Below, piece after piece: positions 26,386 through 39,539 of a DNA stretch of 64,000 nt (position 1 is the stretch's first letter; each line of letters opens with the position of its first letter). The stretch is from Lingula anatina (Eukaryota; Animalia; Brachiopoda): contig CM120644.1 in the NCBI GenBank assembly GCA_051362555.1, positions 16,080,534 through 16,144,533 of the forward strand. Direction: 5' to 3'. Under the pieces are notes generated by a model. It did no database searches and was not told where the DNA came from. It saw only the letters and a list, made by a program, of their open reading frames with translations. Both the position numbers and the translations under genes were made by a program.

Positions 26386-27044
26386 CACATTTTTAACCAT
26401 ACCAAAATGTAGTGTGCGATAGCAAATGCCTACCAGACTCAACTTTAATTTTTCATTTTTATTCTTTTTAAATCTAACTAATTCCTGCATTCTGTAGATG
26501 ACCACCTAGGTAAAACACTTAAATTATTACCTCCACGGCTCAAAACTAATGTTCTTCAGGTTTTTCAGAACAGGCTTAAAAAAACGCTAGAATAAAAAGT
26601 GACATTTATTAGAAAACAACCCATCATACGCCTAATTCAATATGTACCAAAAGACCTGGGAGGGGGGGGGGGGTGCTTCATAGCTTTCATGTAAAAAATA
26701 ATTTATACCATGATCACTCAATCGACTTAAATGACTGATTAAATGTTCTAGCCTGACATTTACTACAGCATCAGATGTACACAAGAGTCCTGAGGCAAAA
26801 AAAAAAAGGTCCAACCCAATAGAACCTGCAGCTAAAATTTCTCATTTGCAAAAGGTCAGATGTTGAATAAAAAGAAGAAGGCAGTAGAAAAATAAGAAGA
26901 TAAAGAAGAGAAATCTACCGCTCAAAGATATCCTAGGCCACACCTAGATATATAGCCGAGTGCGGTGTGTGGGAACCAGACTCATTTTTTTTACAGCCAT
27001 CACCCTGACTATGAGAGATCATTGGAAACCATTCTACTAAATAA

Positions 27045-27217
27045 GGCCGCATTCAGAACAGTGGACTAACTAATCTGAGAGTCAAATATGGCAACCCACT
27101 ACAAAGCTTGCCGTCTAATCCACCAATAGACACGAAATAGATTCCGTGAGGAAGCATTCAAGTGGGTCAGCCATATTTGACCCTCAGACTAATTAGTCCA
27201 CCGTTCTGAATGAGGCC
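27045..27217. mobile_element. Harbinger/Tourist-like MITE family B, TAA TSD
   Basis: taa|ggccgcattcagaacagtggactaa ... ttagtccaccgttctgaatgaggcc|taa. Confidence 0.88.
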
Positions 27218-27220
27218 TAA

Positions 27221-27478
27221 GGCTTCGTTCACATGGAAAGTCTATTTTCTAAAAATCTATTTTCTATTCGCGGTATATCTTGTGGTCATGGTCTGTGCCC
27301 TGAATGTCCCACGGCGTAATTACTGGCAACACGAGCCATTACTATAAGTTACTATAAGTAACTGGCTCCCGCTGCCAGTAATAACGCCGCGGGATATTCA
27401 GGACACAGACCGTGATCATAAGATACCGCGAATAGAAAATAGATTTTTAGAAAATAGACTTTTCATGTGAACGAAGCC
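27221..27478. mobile_element. Young near-perfect foldback Harbinger-like MITE, TAA TSD
   Basis: taa|ggcttcgttcacatg..aaagtctattttctaaaaatctattttctattcgcggtat with an almost exact inverted arm, ending gaacgaagcc|taa. Confidence 0.92.
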
Positions 27479-28371
27479 TAAGAAGCCAAAAATTCAGCAC
27501 TATATCACCAGTCCGAGATTGAAACTGCAATCACCAAAGCATCCATCATCATCAGCATGAGTGCCGTTACAAAAATTCTAGTAACCTTAGCTATCCAGGA
27601 ATTCCCCAGTGGAAACTGATATATGTTATTGACATCTAGGATAAAACAAGATACAGCCTGAGTGATAATGGCCCACAGAATAGGAAATGAAAAGGGTAAC
27701 TACCTGTATGAGGCAACATGCAATTCTTTTATTCCGAAGCAATCACAAGCACCTGATGTGATTTTAATCACAGGGAAATAAGCTCGCTATAAGACATCTT
27801 GTCTGCATCTGGTTAGGTGAAGGAAGTCATAACATGACTATTTATTGTATTTTTTTTTTTTTTTTGTTCTCCACTTGAAGTCATATCACATATTCAGAAA
27901 AATAATATCAGACAAAGAAACTTCTGTTATCTGATGATCATAATCGTCAAATGTAGGTCTACTGTTTAAATAACATTATTCAAATGTCTCAGTACCAGTA
28001 GGGGGTCCAGGATTATTTGATCCAGGATTATTTAAAGGGGGGGTCTGTTTTTCAGAAATGACAGGCCTCAGATGTGAGGCCAACCCTCGCCCTCTTGCCA
28101 AAAGAAAATTAAAATAAAATAACTGGTGTTTTGGAAGGCAAATGGTGCCTTTGGTACAACCTAGAACTATGATTCAGCAAATCAAAATAATAATTTCAAG
28201 AGGGGCATTCTGATGTGATTTTTTTTCAGAAACCACAGGGGAGATCAGGACCACCACCCCTCCCCCTCCCCAACTTTATCTGCCACTGACCTGATCAATA
28301 ATAAAAACGCCTACAGTACACATTCTTAGTTGTCATCATGTGCCTTCTGTATATGCCCATCATGCACTTAC

Positions 28372-28453
28372 TGGTACTCCAGTATCTAATTTTGGCTCCA
28401 AATTGAGTTGGTCTTCCACAGCTGGATAGCCACCATATACCTCACGAATTGGC
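28372..28453 (-). other. Candidate 82-nt exon of the minus-strand transcript
   Basis: Acceptor ctttatttgtttccag, donor CCA|gtaagt; one open frame PIREVYGGYPAVEDQLNLEPKLDTGVP. Confidence 0.5.
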
Positions 28454-28617
28454 CTGGAAACAAATAAAGTCTTATAAATAAGTAAATGAATTATTATTAT
28501 TATTATTATAAAAAGCATCTCCCCCCTCCCAAATATACCCACTCTGTTTTATACAAATTTCAAAACTAGTAGCATAATACAATAAGATAACTGGCTAAAC
28601 AAAGATTGCTAAGATAT

Positions 28618-28900
28618 CCTGCACGAAAATGCAATATTATCGAAGTAGCAAAGAAGCAATAACGCAGTAGTGGTGTGGAGCATATTTGCAGTAGAAATGC
28701 AGCATAGCCTACTGCAATTCTACTCCAAAAAGTGCATAGGTTTGTACAGAGAGGAGCATTAATGCAGTAGATTAGCAGCATGATAGAAGCATGTTTCAAA
28801 TATGCTAATTAGCTCCCAAATCGAAGCAGATTTGAGGCATGTTTGCAGTATGATTGCAGTAGTCTACTGCACTGGAGTATCTACTGCGTTTTCGTGCGGG
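28618..28900 (+). mobile_element. 283-bp CCC..GGG-terminated MITE (EnSpm/CMC-like), copy 1
   Basis: cctgcacgaaaatgca / tgcgttttcgtgcggg; atat on both flanks; internal gcagtag/ctactgc repeats. Confidence 0.85.
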
Positions 28901-28968
28901 ATATAGTCAACTTCGAAATTCAAAAATAGAGAATCTGTATCTTTTAGTCTGCTGCTCAGATACAAAAT

Positions 28969-29238
28969 GAGCACATTCAGAAAAGATGATCTGCGGACTA
29001 ATTGATATCCCAACGGAATATGGCCCGCGCCACTTAAAAAGCAATGTCACTCATTCCCTACAGGTCTCCCCACCTCCACACACGCTGTCGCTGCAGGGGC
29101 CAAGCAATTAAACCTCGAAACTGAGATTTAATCCATTTGAAGGCAGGGGGACCATCAAAGATTAGCTCTTGAATTGGGGTCGGCCATATTTAGTCGGCAG
29201 ATCACTTAGTCCATGGATTGTCTGCTCTGAATGCATTC
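28969..29238. mobile_element. MITE family B
   Basis: cattcagaaaaga..ggactaa..aatatggcc / ggccatatt..ttagtcca..tctgaatg; interior similar to 8496-8738. Confidence 0.72.
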
Positions 29239-30317
29239 AATGTATACAAAGACTTGTTATGCTCTGGAACTTTATAGAACTTCTGAAGAGCAGTGGCACT
29301 TTATAGAAAAGCACATGGCATCTTTCGTGTTAACCAAACTTAAACAACTGGTGACATTTAGAATTGTGAAGCAGTTTTCTTTAAACAAGCAATTTCTTTA
29401 ATCTTTAAAATAAAAGAAGTAATAATCATATTACAACTTAAACTTCTCAAATACATTTTTAAAAAAAGGCATTGAATGCCTGCTTTATGCGTATTGGCTG
29501 ATTTTCCTCTCCCTTTCAATGGAGTATGTCTTGCTCTTAAACTTTTATATGACGGTATTTAAAGTAGAAAGCATGGTACTATTCCTCACATGTATGAAAA
29601 TGAGACACAACAGATATATATATATATACTCTTATTTGGACATGATATTGAGCCCAGCCTTGCCCTGCATTGCAAAGCTGCATACTAATTCAGTAAGATA
29701 TTAATTGAATCTTTGTTCAAAAATGTATTTAACAATGTAGATGTTTTACCACTGTAACAACTTCTTGCAAATATAACCTGTTTTTACACTATCTTTTCAT
29801 CACTCAACTTTGAGGTAGGTTCACTGATCCATGACATGAACAATCTTGTTTATATACTAGTGTATTTTTATAAGAATTCAATTCAAGGCCAAAGAAACCA
29901 CCTTGTCACTGAAGGTTGTGCCTTCTGTATATGCCTAGGCTTAAAGACAAGCAATTAATAATAAAACACAGACGACTTTCACCTTTTATTAATTAATGAA
30001 GTACAATTTATATGAGGGCCACAATTACCTGCTAATTTTGTCTGAGGTAAATGGTGAATTTTAAAGTCGCATGATACCTTTGAGTCACACGATAAGGGTT
30101 AAACCTTTATATTAGAGAGTTCCCCCGCAGTGTCATATGTATCTGGCTGTGAATCTTTGTAGTCTATGATTATAAAATCATGCACCTGAAAGTCTGATCA
30201 TTTTTGCCCATTGAAAAGCCTGTTTACTGTAATTATCCTATATGATATCACAACAAATGGCATGTCAAAGTTGCAACAGTGCCCATGAATCCCATGACTT
30301 ATGTACAGTAAGGCTCT

Positions 30318-30600
30318 CCCGCAAGAAAACGCAGTAGATACTCCAGCGCAGTAGACTACTGCAATCATACTGCAAACATGCTTCAAATCTGCTTCGATTT
30401 GGGAGCTAATTAGCATATTTGAAACATGCTTCTATCATGCTGCTAATCTACTGCATTAATGCTCCTCTCTGTACAAACCTATGTACTTTTTGGAGTAGAA
30501 TTGCAGTAGGCTATGCTGCATTTCTACTGCAAATATGCTCCACACCACTACTGCGTTAATGCTTTTTTGCTACTACGATACTACTGCATTTTCGTGCGGG
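30318..30600 (-). mobile_element. 283-bp CCC..GGG MITE, copy 2 (inverted)
   Basis: Near-identical reverse complement of 28618-28900. Confidence 0.87.
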
Positions 30601-30644
30601 ATCTCACACATTGTTCTTCTTATTCCTGTTTATCTGTTCTGTTT

Positions 30645-30902
30645 GGGACCATTCCCAGACCCTTTCGTACTAACTGTGGATCGATGTATCTCCAAGGGGA
30701 TTCTCATTAAACTGCGATCAACTTTAGCTGCTCTGATGTCTGGCATGCCTTTTGAAGCTGCTAGGGGGTAATTAATTATCGTTTAGCAGCTTTAGTAGGC
30801 GTGCCAGATAACCAAGCCGCTTAAGCCGAAAGTAATTCAGCAAGAATCCCATTGGAGATAGATCGATCCACAGTTAGTACAATAGGGTCTGGGAGTGGTC
30901 CC
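30645..30902. mobile_element. Foldback MITE family A variant
   Basis: gggaccattcccagaccct..gtactaactgtggatcgat / atcgatccacagttagtac..agggtctgggagtggtccc; interior homologous to 3715-3962. Confidence 0.87.
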
Positions 30903-33900
30903 TCAACACTTTCACACATCATTCTTCTCATTTCTGTTTATCTGTTCTGTTTGTTGTCCTCTTTCATATGCCATCATATCTTAATCAATACTACGCACTT
31001 TGATACAGAAACATTACTATAAGAAGTAATGTTATGAAGCATTCATTAAATCTTAGCACTTGCTCTATTGATTTTTTCCATTAAATCAGATCATCGTCAT
31101 TTAAAATCTCCGGAAATTGGCACAAAAGATTAATATAAAATCACTAGAGATGGTTGGTAATCTGGATAAGAGCTATAATCTAGTATCATCACTGGGGTCT
31201 GTTTTCCAAAGCTCAAAAACTTAAACCTGAAACTAAAGGTCTAATAATATCTTAGACCATATTTTAGTCTGCTTTCAATTTGATCCAAGCAAAATCAGTA
31301 CCAGCCAATGCAATTGTATGTAAGCTTTCACCTGTTCTACAACAAGAAAGACATTGGTTATAATTCAGACCAATACTTCTTTTATTTCAGTAGACTACTA
31401 CAGATTTTTTCTTGAAGTAAATAAGGTCAAAAGTTCAGTTTTTTTTTTAATCATTTAGGTGTATTTGATATAGGCCAAGTATTTAGGTGAAATCTTGCCT
31501 AAATTCTAATTTGACTTGGAATAAAAAAACTTCTTAAATCTGCATTTTTGCACAATGTTCAGATTCGAAATTTTCCTTTTACTAAAATACTCCTTGAAAG
31601 AATAATTTATGTTGAGGGGGGTCTAAGGGCCTGCTCCACATAGAGGCTATGTCTTAATTTTAAGCCCCTAATCAGGTCTAATTCAGTTCAATATGATATA
31701 TTATATTATTTTCATAAATATTGGTCTGAAACATTAGCCTTGTATAGCCTGGCTCGATATTTCATTTAATACCAACTAATATCAAATAATGAGAGAGAGA
31801 GAGAAGGAGAAAGAACATGCACTGATTCTGATTCTGTGAGATTGTGTAAAGATTGTTCTTACACTGGACTTTCAAAGTAAAACACCTTTGTGATTGGTAC
31901 CACCAACCTTCAACATGGAAAAGAGTGTCAATGACACAACTGGTTGGTCATATGACAGGTTAAAAGGCTAGGTATGTATTTGCTGGAAGACATGGTTTAA
32001 GATGTGGGATAGATAAGTGGTGGATCTCAGACCTTCACTCCATCTAAGAGAAGGTAGACAACCTGTCACTTTACCCATAGAGGATGACTGAAATTTTTTC
32101 TGTCAATTATTTAGACTTGAAAGTAGTCTTACGACACAGGTTTCAACTTGGATGAAAGCATATACAGATATGGTGCATTAACCATTCTTCATGACATAAT
32201 GATATCAATCATTTCAACCACCACAGTCATTACTTGTGAAAAAAATTTTGCAAGTAAATTGGTCTGCTCGTTTGTTTGTGTGTAAATCTGTTTGTGGGTG
32301 GTCAAATTTTTGCCCTGGAGTAGAGGCCACAGTTAGAGAGATTTTTGTTTCAAAATTGTTTTGCAAATTGATAAGAGACCCAGAACGAACTGGTTTGATT
32401 TTTATAAGGGTCAGATTATAATTGGTAATATTTTAGAATACTTTAGAAATCAACACCATGGAAAATCTCCCACTGATTGGCCAGGGAATGTGGATAGGCA
32501 ATTTATATTCACATTTCTTTCCTTCAAGTTTCTTTTCCTTTCTTTCTTTCTTTTTCCTCACAAACATATACTTCCTTAATCTACTTAAATACTTACTAAA
32601 TAATCTTTCTATCTATTTTTACCTGATAGAAGATCTTGGTTAGGGTCCCAGCAGTGCCCAATATGATCTCTAACTCAGTCCCAACCTGACTTGTTCCAGT
32701 CTGCAGTAAATCTTCTAAATTTCTTAGCCTTTCTTCACAAATATATTACATCAGCTGAAAAACAAGAATGCAACAATCATGATTATGATAGATGACATAA
32801 TGATGATGATGATGATGATGATGGTATTTACTATGTCTTTTGTCCAAAAAGAAGTCAACCTATTTTTTTTCTTTATTATTTCGTTCGCTATATAGAATGC
32901 TAGTATACATTATGCATAACACATACAGTATATTACTTTAAATGGAAAAAAAAAGTATCAGTCTTTCAGGTATATAATTTTGGAATCCTTAAGAAGTTTA
33001 TTCTGTGTACTATTTATGGTGCTTTTACTGCAGAGAATAGAACTATAGAGTATCCTGTTTTTTAATTTGTTGCTTCCACTCATTCTCAAAAGAGTTGTTT
33101 TAATTTTCAGAATTTATGACTTCTGAAGAAAAATGTAGTATGTGTACATTACATAATTTTCCCATTGAAAAGATCAAGTCATTAACATATATTACTTTTT
33201 TTCAAAATAATTCCAATACTGGGCTCATATAAAGTGATGACAAGGATGACATTGTCTCTTCATCACCAAGAGTAATTGTAGTGACTGGTGAATTGTCTTA
33301 AAGTAGTTTTTTATAATTTTTTTTTTCATACTTATCTCAAGCAGACATCAACAACCTAACAAGAGCCAGTAATTTACAAAATATATGATAATGACTCGAC
33401 CTTTTCAACGGGCAAAAATTATCAAACTTTCAGATATATAATTTCATAAACACAAAATTATATTTCTATATATCATTTGTGGTGCTTTTGCTGCATAGAA
33501 TAGAACTCCAGAGTATCCTGCTATTTAATATGGTTGCTTCCACTCAATAGGAATATATATTCTAATTTTAAGAATTTACTAAAGAAATACGGAAATTCTT
33601 AAGAAATACAGAAACTGTAAAATTCACACTTTCCCTCTAAAGAAAAGATCAAGTAATAACCGTTTACACTTTCCGAATTTCACAACACTAACAAATCAAG
33701 ATGGCATTATTCAGCTGGAAAATTAATCTCTGATCAAGACAAATCCAACCAATCAATAATTCCTGTTAATACAAAAGACTTAAAGGCAAGTGACCATCTA
33801 TGAAGGTCCTCTAGGTCTGATGGCAAACAGATTCCAGAATAATTGCCATAATAATGGAATTTATTATACGTACTATGAGTTGTTTTCAATGTATTTTTTG

Positions 33901-35401
33901 TGAATCATGAATCTCATGTGAAAAGTTGCTATACCTTTAAGACTGGAAGGTAAATACCCTCTACCAAAGTGACACAGAGAACTTTTTTCATTAGATATTT
34001 ACAGATGTTTCCTCACCCTTTTTTTTTCATTTTGCTGACAAGGGCATATGACACAATCATCCAGTGTCACTTTATGATGACTGCAGTCTAATGGCCATTC
34101 AAGCTCAAGAAGTCTTATGCAAGATTTCTAGAGTTGTTTACAAAACCCTACTGTACATGCCAAAGGGCTATTGAAAACCACTCAGGTAAACACGTAATTT
34201 AAACTATCCTATACTACACTCCATGTCAAACAGAAGGGAAAAAACATGAGCTAACAACTCAAGACTTTATGGTGAAGTTCCTTAATAATAAAAAATAAGT
34301 TAATGAATTAGACTTTCCTTGTGAACTCTTACTAACACAAGGGTAATGACTCTTTACAGTGAATAACTTCATAATATGTATTGATCATGTTCAGCATGTT
34401 TATTTTCGTGGGTCTCATATCTGTATAGCGAAACCTGCTTTCATAAACCAAAAGGTCATCTTGACCAGCCTATTAGATTGTATCAAAACAGTGCAGACAT
34501 AAAGCAGTAATTTCTTTAAAGGCGTATAGTGAAGGCGTTTCTAAAAAAAAAAAAACTAAGTAAGCCTATCAGATTGTGTCAAACAGAGCAGACAAACTTG
34601 ATAAAGCAGTAACTGCTTAAAAGGTGAACAGTGTACTAGTAGACTTTTCCAGCAAAAAAGACAAAAAATATGAACCAATTTTCCATGGGTAAACAGTATT
34701 TTTCTCCTGCTACCCAATCTTTACTCCTCTACTAGTAATTAATTACTGACAGTCAACCCTATAACAATCTTGGGATATTAATAAGAACTTAACCCATGCT
34801 TAAGATTTTTATTTTTTAATTCTGTCGTCCCTTTGGGTTAAATGTTAAATACTCACATCAACTTCCTGATTTTGCGCAATCTTAAGCTGTGTCAATTAAG
34901 ACAGTATGCAAATGGTTTACGTGTCCTCAGATTAGTTCAACAAGACGTGGTTTTTGTACTTGTATTGAAAATCCTATACTTAAACACTTTACAAGGTCTT
35001 GTGTAGTAAAAACAGAATGTACTAGTAAATTTTGACTCGCTTGACTGCACTTTTTCACCTCTTAATTCTTTGACATTGGGGGCAATGACTGGCCTTTATA
35101 ATATATATTGATCCAAGTTCCATATGTTTATGCCTCTTAAATGGGTCACGTACATCTGCATCGAGATTAAGACTTACTTACATAAAAAAAGTCATCCTGA
35201 CCCAGCCAAATAGACTGAATCACAACAGGGCCAACATAAGACTGTACGGTAACTCCTGTGAAATTTTGAAACATTTTAAAAACAGATCTTACTTCTGTAA
35301 GATTTACCTTTTTTTATTCACTCATCAATACATACAAGCTTACTAGTGCCAAATACAAAGCCAAACAACTTTTCAAAATATATGAATCAACATTTTATGT
35401 T

Positions 35402-36220
35402 GATTATAAGTCACGGTTTCCAGGTAGTGTTACCTCCAAGTTAAAATCACTGGATCTCCCTCTGCTGCAGTATCGGAAGAAGGGACTGCGGCTAACTTTT
35501 CTTTTCAAGGTGGTTTAGGAGTTGGTACCAGCCATTCCTCTTGACGCTTACTTAAAGGGATAATAACTCTTCGTATGATCTATATTTCCCAATAAAAACA
35601 TTGTGAATAACTCACAGAAATATAATATATTCTGTTTTACGACAAAAACAGCAGTTAAAGCTATTATTCTGATATCTGAGCTTGTCTTCAGACCACGTGA
35701 CCTCCATTGATGGCTATACTCTGTTATAATCTCGTAAGAGATTTTAACAAAAAAACAAACTTTTTAGAAAAAAACCAGGGACTAACTTTGAATGTAAAAA
35801 TGGATTCATTAACCATTGGTAAGTATGGGAAAATTGTTGTTTACTCCAGGAAAATTCATTTTTTGGCCAAAACGAAGAGTTATTATCCCTTTAATACCAG
35901 CTTCTAACAAACGCCATGTAAGGGCCAGATCATTCACTGACTTTGACACTGAAAACATTATAAATAGTACCAACAACAGTCGCTTTTACCGTTTGCAACA
36001 TTGCAACATGCCAGTTAGAAAAAATTCTTTCTTTATCAGAACAGTCTCTGAGTGGAACGAACTGAGTGACCAACAAGTAATTGCAGAAACTGTGGAAGGC
36101 TTCTGATCAGGCCTACAGCGTGATTAAGTTTCCCATGCACTCTCTCTTCCCGTCTATTATATGCCAGTTGTGGTTCTTTAAACGTATATTGACAGATATA
36201 CGTATTTATCATAACCAAAA
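35402..36220 (+). mobile_element. 5'-truncated CR1/L2-group LINE 3' end (ORF2 C-terminus pseudogene), split by a Kolobok-like MITE
   Basis: Translates DYKSRFPGSVTSKLKSLDLPLLQYRKKGLRLTFLFKVV*ELVPAIPLDAYL | IPASNKRHVRARSF...RKNSFFIRTVSEWNEL...TVEGF; typical post-RT C-terminal motif SFFxRTxxxWNxL. Confidence 0.8.
35556..35890 (+). mobile_element. Kolobok-like non-autonomous DNA transposon, TTAA TSD
   Basis: ttaa|agggataataactcttcgt ... acgaagagttattatccct|ttaa (19-bp perfect TIR, AG..CT ends). Confidence 0.9.
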
Positions 36221-38604
36221 CTTTTCCCCTCGAAACCCTCTCAAACCTTTACTATTTAAAGCATACACTTTTGTATACTTTTAAGTTAAAATTAGCTGGA
36301 TGTAATGAAGTAAATATAAGGTTTCAAGCGAAATGGGTGGCCATTCATGCAATATCAAGGTCACAATTCTACAGGTAATGGAAGATATTTTTTCTTTCAT
36401 GCTTGAGGGATATCAAACTTCAAAGCACTAAATGTGGAGTCTATTGCATACATAAAATTATATAACTTGTCTCCTTGTATGTAGCTGTACTAAATTTATA
36501 AGTACTGTTTTGTTATATAAACATGTCTTTATAAGTAGCTACTAGTACATGTGTACTAGTGATAAATGTATATATATTTGACATTGTTGGGATGATTCCC
36601 TATAAAAATACATTCAATTACATATGGAAGGAGAACTAGTAAATTTGGAGAAATGCAAGCAGTGGATTCGATTATGTGAAAGACCTATAGCAGAGAGAAA
36701 TTCAATATAGAAAGTTTCCAAGGCCATTCACATGTGCAGTAGACATTTGATATATTAATGATACGGTAAAAATTTGAAAATTTAGTACGTCTTGAAAATT
36801 TTGTGGGAGGACAATTCTCAGCCGACATAATATTTTTTCTTTGAATATTTTGTCAAACATGAAAATGGGCCCCTTGATAATTTTGAAAAGTTTGTCACCT
36901 CATCATGTCAAGTCGATTTCATGCACTTTAATATGTAAATTAATTTTTTAGTGACGAAAATTTCAAGATTTTACCATATGGACCCTGCAAAGTATTATGA
37001 CAAGCATATCAGGGAACTGGCAAAGTATTTGGTCTAAGCTTTCAAAAAAAAAAAAAAATTCAATGACGCGATGATGTACTAATTACTGATTGAATATAAC
37101 TACTAGTAGTTACTACTTATTACTGAATATTGATTATCATTTATAAACTGCGAACTGCCAATTGATCTGTTATTACTATCATCATTGTTATTTTTATTCA
37201 TTCCTAATTATTGTAGAGGCAAAAAAGGTTCATTAGTATTTGGATAACATAATTATAGCATTATATTAAGGTTATTAAGCACCAGCTAGAATTTTTCTCA
37301 CCGTTAGCTTTCGGCAAACCTGATCAGATGCCATTAGACTGACCAGACAGTAGATCTTGTCATCACTCACAGACCACATGGTGAAATGGATTGTCCTTGA
37401 GAAATATGATGTCTTATAATGACAAACAGGTTCAAGGGGCCAAGGGAATACTAGTACCCATGTCATACTGACATAACTACATTCTATTCTGCTATCAGAA
37501 TTTTTATGATTTTATCAGCTTCGTGAAGTTTCAGAAACTTTCACAGGCCAATGGACCATGAATCAATGCTGTAATCTTTAATGGTCAACTGGTGAGACTG
37601 CCCTGACCATTATGTCGGCAAAAAGGAGGGTTAATTCGAACTTCCTGAACCTGCCTGGCTATTGGCCTGAATACCCATGTCACTTTGACATAACTACATT
37701 CTATTCTGCTATCAGAGCTTTGTGATTTTATCACCTAAGCAAAGTTTCAGAAATGTTCACAGGTCAGTAGACCAGATATCAGTGCTGTTATCTTTACTGG
37801 TCAGGCAAGTCAGTTGGCGAGACTGGCTTGACCATTGTGTCTTGCACACCAGTTTGACACCGAGATGCGTTTTGCTTTTTTTTTTTCAAAAGTTTCATTA
37901 CTTTTTTTTTTCACTGCATTTGTTGATAGCTGAGGTGTCTATGCTATTCAAGTAAGTAAATTAGTTCGGAAATTTTATAGCTTCTGTTAAATTCATGAAA
38001 ATTTTACAACACGTGATTCAGGGATACAAGTTCACGTGTATAATGCCATACTGTCAAATCTCTAATTCAGCTAACTTTTAGTCTATGACAATTAAGCTAA
38101 CAATCCTTTAATAGCAACAATAGTTTGTTTCTTAGCACTACAGGTGTTGGTCGTTTGGCCTGGGGACAATTTCTTAGGTCTATAACAACATACTGAAACC
38201 AGACATCTTTCCATCAGCTCCTATGTAAAATGTCAGTAAGATGCACAATGCTTAGCATCAATATGAACTCTCTATCTTTAATTGTACACAACAGGTAACT
38301 TTGTGCTAAATCCATTGTTCAATAATATGAACTCTGCACATGCCCCCTAATTTATATTTACTAATATATTATCAGTTCAATTCATTTTTCTGTGAAGAAA
38401 GTGATTTTAAAAACAAAATCATCTAAACAACATTTAAAGACAAAATAGCTTTTTCGACTCTCCTTACAAGTTGTGAGCAGAGTTCATGCCCCACTTATGA
38501 AGTCAATTTTTTTGTCATATATCCTGAACAAATGTCAGCATGTAGTTTCAAACAGTAGATCTTAGAGAAATACAAAAAGACATGTACACTGTTTCACATT
38601 TTCC

Positions 38605-38610
<6 letters not shown>

Positions 38611-38663
<53 letters not shown>
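38611..38663. repeat. (TA)n microsatellite
   Basis: Direct observation. Confidence 0.97.
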
Positions 38664-38667
<4 letters not shown>

Positions 38668-38777
38668 AAATTTTCTGCTTTCTTGCCGTGCTATAAAGAT
38701 CCCTTAGCAGTCTCATTTGAATAAGTATGCAATTGTGCATGAAGCTTTACATCCAAAAGTGGGGGCAAAGAGTGATA

Positions 38778-39013
38778 ACCCACTGAAGCTGTCGATCTAA
38801 GTAGATCGATCCAACTCTCGCTGAATGCAATCAGTTTGACAGAGTAACAGGGCCTGCTCCTGGTGTTTGGAATACAGAAAAGCTGGTGATTATATGACTA
38901 TATTGGAAACAAAAGGAGTGGAGTGTTAATCTGTCAAACTGATGGCTTTCAGCAAGAGTCCCTGCGGAGTTGGATCGATCTACGTAGACGGATAGCTTCA
39001 ATGAGAATGAGCC
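38778..39013. mobile_element. Foldback MITE (family A-related)
   Basis: tgaagct..gtagatcgatccaactc / gagttggatcgatctac..agcttca; atcagtttgacaga / tctgtcaaactgat. Confidence 0.78.
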
Positions 39014-39539
39014 CTATATATAATTAACTGACCTTAAACTGAGGCAAATTGTAGCTTCATCTGTCCACCTCCAATCACCCAATAGAATACTAAACCTCAA
39101 TGACGTGATCGATCTTATACTGTTATTATTTACGTTATAATGTATACGGTGTATGTACACAATGTACTGGCACGGTTGTACTGAAGATGGAAAAGAGCAC
39201 AACGTCTAGTTCTAAGGTAAAGAATTCAAGCTACGCCTACGACTTCACTCAAGTGCGCATTTATGCTTTTTACTTGCTTACTAAACTGCATGACCTACTT
39301 TCTCAAGTGCCAGCAACGCAGCATCAACAGAGCATTCAACCTCTCTCTATATTCAATAACATTAACAACTGTCACGCTTGATTTATCCTTAGAAGAGTGT
39401 CTGCAAAAGCCCTTACATCATAATCACCTAAGCTCTCTCGCTTCATTAACAACATCATCTAAAACATTAACTAACACACTGAATTAACAAAGATTAACAT
39501 TAATTACAGAAAGGCCTCTGGCCAACCTCGTATACCTAA

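Noticed and set aside
27996-28288. Possible hAT MITE (cagt.g.gg.tccagg ... atctgccactg); similar fragments near 55617 and 62266
   Set aside because: TIRs too degenerate and no TSD, so boundaries cannot be supported
33780-33940. Possible Kolobok-like MITE (ttaaagg ... cctttaa)
   Set aside because: TIR match beyond AGG/CCT is weak and there is no second copy in the window
35816-36106. 96-aa ORF as a gene
   Set aside because: Chimera of a Kolobok-like MITE end and a dead LINE ORF2 fragment; the LINE has an upstream in-frame stop
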